From Bugula neritina (Eukaryota; Animalia; Bryozoa): a stretch of 64,000 bases of DNA. The notes beneath the pieces are model-generated. The model ran no database searches and was not told the origin of the DNA. It saw nothing but the letters and a program-made list of their open reading frames with translations. Positions 53,901 to 64,000 of this stretch are shown one piece after another (position 1 is the stretch's first letter; each line of letters begins with the position of its first letter). The stretch covers positions 3,701,929 through 3,765,928 of the forward strand of contig OZ037769.1 of assembly GCA_964035545.1 (NCBI GenBank), in the 5' to 3' direction. A program made the translations under genes and the position numbers.

Positions 53901-55415
53901 AGTGCAACGGGTCTTGTATAAATTTGACACCAATGATCATAGTCATATAAGCTCAACAGCGTTTATTGAAAAAAAGCCTTTAGAGACTTTTAGTTACTAT
54001 ATATGCTTATCTGGAATATATTGACATAATTTCTCTTTGCTTTAGTAAACCTATAATGCAGTATATTAATATACAGTATTTCTTTTAGCAAGTTTTCTGT
54101 AAACAATTTAATTAATTCCTTTTACAACATTTTTTTAGGTTGCTTTGAAGATAACCTTTCTCACAGAGCTTTGAATTAATCTGTATTACTGGACAGAGGC
54201 TTTCTCCCTGATGACTGCCGGCTAGCTTGTGAAAATCAAGGTAAATTATCAGATGTCTCAGAGTCTGATATTACCATAAAGTATGTTCCTGCTCCAAAGT
54301 TCAATAAATAGTAGCATGTGCACTAAGTATAGCAGCATGTGCACTAAACAGTAGCATGTTCACTGAATAGTAGCACGTGCACTAAATGATAGCATGTGCA
54401 CTAAATAGTAGCATGTGCACTAAATTATATAGCATGTGCACTAAACACTAGCATGTGCACTAAACAGTAGCATGTGCACTAAATAGTAGCATGTGCACTA
54501 AATAATAGCATGTGCACTAAATAATAGCATGTGCACTAAATATAGCAGCATGTGCACTAAATATAGTAGCATGTGCACTAAATAGTAGCATGTGCACTAA
54601 ATAGTAGCATGTGCACTACACAGTAGCATGTGCACTAAATAGTAGCATGTGCACTAAATGATATAGCATGTGCACTAAACACTAGCATGTGCACTAAACA
54701 GTAGCATGTGCACTAAATAGTAGCATGTGCACTAAATAATAGCATGTGCACTAAATAATAGCATGTGCACTAAATATAGCAGCATGTGCACTAAATAGTA
54801 CCATGTGCACTAAATAGCAGTATGTGCACTAAATATAGTAGCATGTGCACTAAATAGTACCATGTGCACTAAATGATAGCATGTGCACTAAACAGTAGCA
54901 TGTGCACTAAATAGTAGCATGTGCACTAAATAGTAGCATGTGCACTAAATAGTGTCATGTGCACTAAATATAGTGTCATGTGCACTAAACGAAAATGAAA
55001 ACACTTGGTTTTTATTTATAGCTCATAAAAAGAATTTTCAATGCTCATATATAAAAATGATTTGTGAAATTTTATTAGCTTTCATGGTAACTTTATTTTT
55101 AAATTATAAAAAATTTATAAATTAAATTTTAGATAAGTTCATTAAAAATAGTATTAACATGAAAAAGTTGGCTTGTTTGGCTTAATAATTAGTATTAACC
55201 AATTGGAACACTCTATCTGACATTGTTGTGCAGGTTATTTCTTTGCTGGGATACAGAATGGAGACCAGTGCTACTGTGGATATGATGTTAACAGGTACAA
55301 ACAGATAGATGATGCAAAGTGTGACGTACCCTGTATTGGTGACTCTGACATCATGTGTGGAGGTTATCTTAGAAACTCTGTATACAAAACATTTATACCT
55401 GAAATAGTTTATTAA
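47992..55415 (+). CDS. g6: CD225/dispanin + 4 WSC cassettes; premature TAA in WSC4 (~518 aa product with 3 WSC)
   Basis: Exons 47992-48345, 49847-50071 (WVIVGILSTIFCCFPLGLAGTIIAHMSREDAARGDAGNHRRRLCQAKALTGTAIGIG, the most canonical CD225 here), 50387-50465, 50872-50994, 51913-52080, 52318-52419, 52627-52794, 53182-53310, 53430-53597, 54139-54240 (TAA 54177-54179), 55234-55415. Probable 5'UTR exon ending at 47610 (GTAAGT) spliced to the acceptor at 47980. Confidence 0.85.
48364..49148. repeat. Intronic minisatellite TAGTAAAGTCAGCAGTG(TA)n, 24-28 bp, about 30 units
   Basis: Directly visible tandem array in the first coding intron of g6. Confidence 0.95.
54310..54988. repeat. Intronic minisatellite AGCATGTGCACTAAATAGT, 19-21 bp, about 35 units
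   Basis: Directly visible tandem array in the last intron of g6. Confidence 0.95.
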
Positions 55416-56038
55416 ACAGAGATGGCAGACTCAACCATTTAAGCAGGGTGATAAGTTTTTGGCTTCCTCATAACATTATGTGCTCAGAAATTGCTTTTTG
55501 TAATAAATATACTTTATGTTTTTATATAATAGATTGTTTTTATAATATTTTTGTAGCTATGTAATATTAATAGTGATAATTTTTGTTGATGACAAAATAA
55601 GAATTATGCTCATTGGTTGGCAGTATTATATAAGGCAAGAGTGAATACTATATATAAACATATTATGTGAATATTATAGTATTTACACTTCCTACACATT
55701 TGTGCAAATTTTATATGCTTAGGAATTCATAATTCTGTTTTTTTATCTTTTTAGTTTTGCTGGCATTATTTTATATTTCAAAGTTTTAGCTTATTTTTAG
55801 TGGGAATTTAATATATTCAAGTTGTTATACTTAACTTTTTGAGTTTTAAAAATATAATATTATCAAGCCAATAATTATATAATAACAGATTGATCCAAAA
55901 TAAACTTCTAATAAAAATCAAGATATGCAATGAGTATTTGTTTATAGATGCAGATTGAGATATTTTTTAAAAATTTTAATCAAAAACCGTCCAATTACTA
56001 TAATTCACAGAATATTATAGAGATGCTACATAAATGAG

Positions 56039-56117
<79 letters not shown>
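56039..56117. repeat. (TA)n microsatellite
   Basis: About 38 TA units. A shorter one lies at about 46292-46322. Confidence 0.95.
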
Positions 56118-56118
<1 letters not shown>

Positions 56119-56741
56119 CTAGACTAGCTTATGACAATAAAATGCTCCATAATCTACAAACACCATACATAGCTGCAGCCAGCTCATATAATTAGGTAAA
56201 CAAATGAAAAATCTGTGAATTTTATTTTACTAATGACGGGAGAGACTTGGTTTATACTTTGCACCTTGGGGTTCTTAAAAAGATAAGTTAAGTTATTTAG
56301 TATACTTATAATGTTAAATATGTAGTGTGCGAATGTTAGTGTGCATGATGGTGCAAGCATTGATGTGTGCATCAATGTGTGTTAGTGAGTGTGTGTCTGT
56401 GTGTAATGCTATTCTAGCTCACTTTGAAAACTACTTGCAGTAGAATAAAGCTATTAGGTAAAGCTAAATGAAAAATCAATATATTTATTTAAAATCTTGA
56501 AAACTTTTTTGAATAGTTCAAATATTTGCATGAATATCAAATAAACAATGTTATTTGAATAAAGCCTTTCTATAAAGAATGCTTTGTGTTTGTTAACTTG
56601 TTCAATATAACTGTATAATTTTAGCACAGGCAAGAGCACCTTTGCTAGTAGTTTTTAGTCTTTTAGTAGACATATGTGATTATTGTACATTTTAATAATA
56701 ACGCATATGCTATTAGATCTTAAAAGGTGATCAAATCGAAT

Positions 56742-56794
56742 ACCAACCAACCAACCAGCCAGCCAGCCAACCAGCCAACCAGCCAACCGACCAA
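56742..56794. repeat. (CCAA/CCAG)n microsatellite
   Basis: Visible tetranucleotide array. Confidence 0.85.
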
Positions 56795-57777
56795 TTTTCA
56801 GTTTTATATCAAAATCAGGTGAGTCTCCTATTTTGTTGAACAACAAATTTATTTAGTTATATGTATTCAATCATATATATGACTATAAATAAGAGAGGAT
56901 AATTAAATGCTGTAAGATTTCAGTCTTATATATTCTAGCTTAGCACAACTATATTTCTCAGACTAGTGTTATAGTATTATAGCTCTCAGACTATATAGTA
57001 AGATCTAGCTACCAATCTGCATGGCAGTTTATACACTCAAAGTGGTTTATGAATATTTATTAGTTTAACTCCGGAGCTCTATTAAGTAAACAGAGTTGTC
57101 CTTTCAAATAACTTTATCTACTGACCGAAGGTTTTTTTTTGTAATTCATTGAAAATGCTATTAAGTACTCTATAGGGAACATTGTTTAAGTTGCCACATT
57201 TTTCTTGATCAGTATGACTATTATGTGTTTTAGTTTATTTATAGTCATAATTAAAAGCTTATAGGTTAAACTAAATGTTATTAGCTAGAATTGCTTTACT
57301 ACATTACTTTTAGATTAAGTTTTAGATAAAAAAAACAGTGAACTATTTGGACAAAATCCTTATAAACCTGACCAAAACCTTAGGCAAGTAAATGATAATA
57401 TTAAATAAAATAAAATAATCACTAAGATTTTGCAAGAAAGTCAGGTGAAACTAAGTTAAAAACTTTCCCTGTGTTGTCAATTGCTGGTATTTCTTGAATC
57501 TTGACATTTTGAAATATTCACTACTGCTTCAAAAGTTAATAGAAACTATTCAATAGCTTATGTATTTGCTGCGCTAATTTAATTTGTAGCTTAATGTAAA
57601 TAAGCATTTTCTTGCATTCAAATAAGAAAAAGACTTTAATAAAAAAAGAACTCTCACTTAACACGCAAAACATACAATACATGTACACACAACACAAAAA
57701 CACAATACGTACACACAACACATAAAAACATTATTCATCAGCGCTTTACTGAATTATTGACAGCTTCCTGTAGAAGT

Positions 57778-60700
57778 ATGACCTCATCACCAACCACCGC
57801 AGCAGACCATAAGATGATGCGGAAACTTCCACCTATTGATAGTCTACCTGCCCAAAATGGTGGGCCTCTTTATTCATCTAATGAGCTGACAAATAACAAT
57901 CAAGATCAAACAGTTGCCATGGCAACAACTTCCTTCTCGGCCCAAGCAGTGCACTCAGAGCCTCTATATGTTCAAGCAACTTCATGTCAGCCAATATCGA
58001 AGGTTTGCCCATTTAATATATGTGTGGCGTGTGGCGTGTGCGTATGCGTGTGTATAAATATATTAAAAGTTTGATTTGGGAGTCAACATTTTATACAAAA
58101 CATGGTTTGTTTTCAGGCTGAAGAGTCGGAATCTCTCACTTGGATCTTGGTCGGATCACTTGTGGCTGTAGCCTGTTTCCTTCCACTTGGTCTCCCAGGT
58201 GCTATCTGTGCTTGTGTAGCTAAAGGAGATGCTAAGAAAGGCAATGCTGCTGGTTTTAGAAGAAAGTTACAAACAGCTAAGATACTTTCAAGCGCTGCTA
58301 TTTGTTTTGGAGTAGCTGGCATCATTGCAGCTGGAGCATCGGTATAATTATTTAGCGTACCAAAACTATATCGTAGTCATAGTGCACTGTTCAATAATTA
58401 TTTTAGCAATGATGCAGCTATTATATATTTTTGAAAATATCGCAATTATGACAATATTATAAAAAAAAATTCAAAAATGAAATTATGTTATATATTAATT
58501 TATTGATATTAAAACAAAATTCAAGTATGTGAAGCTCCTTAATATTTGAAAAATAACAAAGTTTAGCCAAACCTTTATATTTCATAAAACTAAAGAATGT
58601 TTATACCTGAATCTACAGCTCGAAATTATTTTCTCACTAGAAGTCATTAAGTCTACCAATAATAAGTTTAGAGATATTTGGGTGTTGCAACCACAGTCAC
58701 ATTACCATACTCATGTTCTCTACAACAACATTCATCCTTGACCTTTCCAATTATCTGTGTCAGCTGACATAATTGTATTGATGCAAGGAATGTTGATGTT
58801 ATGATGTTTCAGCTAGGATTGATATTTGCCTTTATTGCTAGAATTAACAAGGAACCAACCACTGACTATTACTATGAGGAGCCTCTACAGTGGAGAGGTA
58901 AGTTGGAGTTTATTTCATTATCATAATAAATTTATATGAAGAAACAGAGCTAATTGCTGACTTTGTTTATTTTATTTACTAAATGTAAATTTCTTAGAAA
59001 TTTTAGAAATACTTTCTATAAATTGTGTTGCTTCTATGCAAGTTTTGTAAAAAGAATCTTGTGATTATGCAACTTTCATCTTTCAACTTTCTGCATAAGA
59101 CAAATAAGAAAAACTAATTTTTTTGGCATAAAGATTAGGTTTTGAGTTGAAAGAAATAGAATGACTATATTATAGGAGTAGAATGTTGATCCTTTTCGAA
59201 TGATTTTATTACCTTCTGCTTCTTCTTGCAACTATTAGGAAACCTGCAGGCTGATTGGCCATTCCAAAATTTTATAATAAAGATTTATTACAATATTCAA
59301 GTTATACCTGCTGTCTTAAAACTGCTAGCCATTGAAATAACCAACTATATTCATACAGTGATTCAGCATTTTTTCATAAATTTTGTCATCCAAAGTTGCA
59401 TCAATTTCAACATCTTACAAATAGGTAAGGCATTTTGTTAAGGAACAGCTTGACAAAATGACAGTTGAATACATGCAGTATAGTAACTTCCTAAAGCAGC
59501 AAAGTGAAATTTATTAGTTATTATTTTAGATGAAGGAATATACATGGGCTGCTATGCAGATAATATGACTGACAGAGATATCTCTGGTGTTTATATAAAG
59601 TTTGAAGCTGACAATGAGGTTTCAAAATGCACCAATTTCTGTGCTTCAAGAAGTATGTAAAACAAATTTTTGTATTTCAAATACATCAATTTTAGAGCTT
59701 TTTAACATCAATGATATATATAAATAAATATACAATATAATAAATATATATACGATGATAAATATATAATATAATAAATATATAATATAAATGAACATAT
59801 GATATAATGAATATATAATATAATAGATATATAATATAATAAGTATATAATATAATAGATATATAATATAATAAGTATATAATATAATAAATATATAACA
59901 TAACAAATATATAACATAATTAATATATAATATAATGAATATATAATATAAATAAAGATATAATACAATAAATATATGACATAATAAATATAATATAACA
60001 TAATAAATATGTAATATAATAAATATATAATATAATACATATATGATATAACAAACATAAATTATAATGAATAATATGATAAATATATAATATAATAAAG
60101 ATGATGTATATATTTGTATCTGTAGAATACAAGTATGCAGGCTTGCAAGATGCTGTCTACTGTTACTGTGGTAACTCCTTTGGGAAGTACGGCAAGGTTG
60201 ATGAGAGTAACTGTACCACTAGTTGCCCCTCAATTGACTACTATAAGTGTGGGGGATATCTTAGTAACTTAGTCTACAGAACCAACTATTTGGGTGAGTG
60301 TTTTAATGAGTCCAGCGTAATTGTAGCTATGTAAATATAAACTCAATCAAAAGAGTAGTTTAATGAAACATATTATATATAGTCTTTCATGTTCTATAGT
60401 TTCAAAAGTCAAGCAGAAATGTTAGTATTTTTTTGATTTAAATATGAAGTAAAAATTAGCATCGTGTAGAAGTTACTGTACAATTAAATTTTGTACCTGC
60501 ATTTAATTTTAAACAATATACGAACATTTACCTAGTATTTAAATGTATATGTGTGCATATCTGTATATGAGTGTGTATATGTGCATGTGCGTATAATTAT
60601 ATGTGTGTATATGTGTGTATGTATATATATATGTGTGTGTATATATGCGTATATTATATATGTGTGTGAATATGCATGTGCATGTGCGTGTGTGTATATA

Positions 60701-63700
60701 CATATATGCATGCATATACATACAAGTATATGCGTGTATATATGTATATATATGCGTGTGTACATACGAGTATATAATACACGTATGCAGTACATGCACT
60801 GTATGTATATAATAACTACATAGGTTGTTTCAATGATGATGCAGACAGAGCGTTGACAGGATATTCATACACCATGACACTTACTGCATCTCCAAACATT
60901 TGCACAGAAACTTGCAATGCTGAGGGTAATCTTTGTATTTTTGAATACACTTCTTATATTTTATTGTAAAATAAACCAAAGAAATTAACCAAAAAAAATT
61001 AATGTTACCAAAATTTAAAAAGAAATAGTTTATTATGATCAAATTGATTTCAGTTTTTAAGCTATTAAACACTGCATAACTTTTTAAAATAATGTTACAA
61101 TACTTGTTTTTCGTTTTGGAAGAGAAAACCAAAATGCTAATTGATATATAAATATATTATCATTATGAATTATTTTAATAAGGTTTTGATTTTGCTGGAA
61201 TCCAGAACTCTGATGAGTGTTACTGCGGAAACGATTTCAACAGATATGGTGAAGCGCTTACTTCCGAGTGTAGCAGTCTATGTTTCAACAACTCTGAAGG
61301 GCTCACATGTGGCGGAACATATAAAAACTCTGTTTATAAAACACATGTATTCCGTAAGCAATAATCAACGCCATTGTGTCTTTCACTGAGCCTAAATTTA
61401 ACTTATAGAATAATTTTTTAAATTAGATTGAAAATGATGCAAATTAATTATTAGCATTGATGACATATTATAGCAGTTTTTCTATTACTGCTTCTTTTAT
61501 AGAAGAATCAATCAATTTATTCCAAGAAAAATTTTGTTTCAGGTTATGGAAGATTCATTCTTCTTAGTTGCTTTAAAGATGAAGAAAGTGATCGAGATCT
61601 TACAGGCTATTTTGTTGACTTGGGATCAGAAAATAGTATCAGCTATTGCAGTGACATTTGTGCTTCACCGGTACAGATTTACTTTTTTTTTGCATTTGAA
61701 GAAGTCATATGAAATTATTTTATAGTTCAAGTCCTTGTGAAAATGTGTTATATGCTTCTAATTATTTTTTTGACCATATATTATGGTCAAAAAATACATA
61801 AAAATGTATAATGTTGCTTTGATTATTGTCCTAATGGCATGCACCTCATAATGCCCTTTGTAAGATTTCTACCAAATTGATATATAAAAGTGTTTTTATT
61901 TAGTAAATAAAGGTATCATAACAGCTTCTTATATCATTATCTTTCATCGTAATTGACTAATTGATATTTTTGATTTTACAAACAAAGCAAATTAGATTTA
62001 TACTAACTTATATTTTTGTGTTGTAAATAATTTTTGGTGTAGTTATAGCAAATGATAAGCTAACATTTAAAAACCTACAAGGATTTTTTATATTTTAGAT
62101 AAAACTATTATATGTGAAAAGAAAATGGTCAATTTGTTACAGTTTTCACTCTTCTTTAGGATTTCAGTATTCAGCCATGCAGAACGGTGCGGAATGTTAC
62201 TGCTCCAGGGATTATGGCCGACACGGTAGTGTTCCAATGGATGAGTGCAATGTGAAGTGTCCCAGTAACCAGTAGAGTGATTGTGGAGGGGTTTTGAGGA
62301 ATTCAGTCTACAGAACAGCCTACATAGGTATGACTCATACGTCTCAACACTGAAGAGAAACAGGAAACTTTACACCATGCTTCAGTTTGGCAAGAGATTA
62401 CTTACCAGTTATTAATATGTTGCACTTCTTTATACTGACTAATGCCCATTTCAAAATAATGTACATCTTTTCAGTGTTTTTCAATGAAAGTTGTGTACAG
62501 TGCAAAGTTAGCATAGGTATTTCATTGACAGTGTTACTGAAAATTATCATCAACTTTCTGTAAAGGATTTCAATAGTTTTTTACACATCCATTTGAGCAT
62601 TTGTTTAATTTTTTAGGGTGCTTTATGGACGATGCGGACAACAGGGCTCTGAACTATTCAGCTTCATTCAACTCTAGTGTTACTTTACTCTCTTGTGCCG
62701 TCAAGTGTATGGAGAAAGGTTAGTGTGTTTGCCCAAACCTGGGCCTACTACTTTTAGCCTTATTATATATAAAATCACTAATGACTTTTTATACTAAAGA
62801 TGGGATTCATGGAAACATTTTGACATTTTTTCAATTTTAAAATAGCACCCATATAACTCAAAATTTCTGCTATAAATTTTCTATGGGCCAATAATTAAAT
62901 TATTGCTCAGTAATCCATATATGATAAAATTGATGCAGGGTATGCTATTGCATGTTTGTGCTTTTAATTAAGTGCAAATATACTTATACTTAGTATTCAT
63001 TTGATTAAATATTACACATAATTTAAGTGATAAGTGAAAAATTTATATTTAATGAGTTGAATTTTGTTGTAAATGCTCATAAAATTAAGTAAATGGCAAT
63101 GTTATTCATTTAAAGGGATACTAGCGGTAGAGCTGCTTTAGAATTTATCTGGTTGTTTTGAGATTGCTATTTTGAACAACAAAAATAATATGAAAGTGTA
63201 AAGGAACAGGAATCAACTACATTTGCAAACTGGAGTAAATATGGTCTACATGTATTGGGTGACAACTCCCTAATGTTGTGGAGTTGTCATTCTATAGCAT
63301 TGGTAAGATTGAATTTGCTGTAATTGAGATCTAAGATACATCTTTATAAATTGTCTTTTACAAAGTGATCCAAGGGTTGAAAAATGCAAAACGATCAGCG
63401 ATCCGAAATAGTTTATCCGCAGTGTAAATTAATTTTGCCCCCACTGCAATAGGAATCGAACCCGAGACCTCTGGCTTGCAAGCAAGTGTGCTAACCATTA
63501 CACCACGGAGACCACTGGGTAAACTCAACACTACATGCAAAATTTGTTGCTTTCATATATTATAGTTTATAATACAGCAAACTGTAACAATTAACTGTCA
63601 AACACTATATTTAAAAATTAATACAAGTATTTGCATATTGAAGTAATTGGTTTTTGGAAGAATTGTGATAAAATTTATAATTGCCTATCAAATTATTTTG

Positions 63701-63999
63701 TTACGATATGAAATAATAAAAAATGCTTCGAAAGTACGATAAAATCACTTTATCATTTGTATAGTTGTACTTTTTGCTTAAATAATTTATAATGTAAACA
63801 AACCTTAACATACTATTTTATGAAGCATTTCAAATAGAGAAGACAACTCTAATAATTCTCATATAAAATTAACACCTGTGTACAGGTTATTTCTTTACCG
63901 GGATACAAAATGGAGACAAGTGCTACTGTGGATATGATGTTAACAGGTACAGACAGGTGGCTGATGAAGAGTGTGACATACCCTGTATTGGTGACTCAG
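57778..63999 (+). CDS. g7: CD225 + 4 WSC cassettes; WSC3 disrupted; runs off the window end
   Basis: Exons 57778-58002, 58117-58341 (CD225), 58813-58897, 59530-59652, 60126-60293, 60824-60925, 61183-61353, 61543-61670 (1 nt short versus g6), 62160-62327 (TAG 62273-62275), 62617-62718, 63886-end. Confidence 0.8.
59712..60098. repeat. Low-complexity ATATA-rich intronic repeat
   Basis: Almost pure A/T degenerate (ATATA)n. Confidence 0.85.
60543..60810. repeat. Degenerate (TG/TA/CA)n alternating purine-pyrimidine tract
   Basis: Visible in g7 intron 5. Confidence 0.85.
63420..63535 (-). mobile_element. tRNA-derived short element in the last visible intron of g7
   Basis: Minus strand TGTAGTGTTGAGTTTACCCAGT-GGTCTCCGTGGTGTAATGGTTAGCAC...GAGGTCTCGGGTTCGATTCC, with good A and B boxes. 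Confidence 0.75.
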
Positions 64000-64000
64000 A

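Noticed and set aside
48364-54988. CRISPR-like appearance of the two regular arrays
   Set aside because: No unique spacers, no cas genes, eukaryotic introns; these are minisatellites.
47992-55415. Assigning gene symbols such as IFITM, PRRT1, KREMEN or WSCD
   Set aside because: Only domain-level similarity; no kringle, CUB or sulfotransferase domains; orthology cannot be shown from the sequence alone.
59646-60823. Tyr/Ile- and His/Thr-rich ORFs
   Set aside because: Translations of low-complexity intronic repeats.

Overview
AT-rich, intron-containing animal (invertebrate-like) genomic DNA; I cannot identify the species. Almost the whole window is one head-to-tail, + strand tandem array of 8 paralogous genes or gene fragments, here called g0-g7. 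Reading the exons by hand gives one shared architecture: an N-terminal Pro/Gln/Tyr-rich region with no signal peptide, a CD225/dispanin (IFITM/PRRT-like) two-hydrophobic-segment domain, a short stalk, then 0-4 C-terminal WSC domains, each split over two phase-1 exons. g2, g4 and g5 look intact with 2 WSC. g3 has a nonsense codon in exon 1. g6 and g7 have 4 WSC cassettes with lesions in the distal domains. g1 has lost its WSC region. A decayed Ty3/gypsy LTR retrotransposon sits about 120 bp upstream of the g2 start codon and was copied, with g2, by a young duplication at an offset of about 20.4 kb (g4). Also present: two tRNA-derived SINE families, two 3' fragments of an RTE-like LINE, a MITE, minisatellites and microsatellites. 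The most notable item is the expanded CD225-WSC fusion family, which looks like a rapidly diversifying type II membrane receptor cluster. Gene models are manual and have no transcript support.
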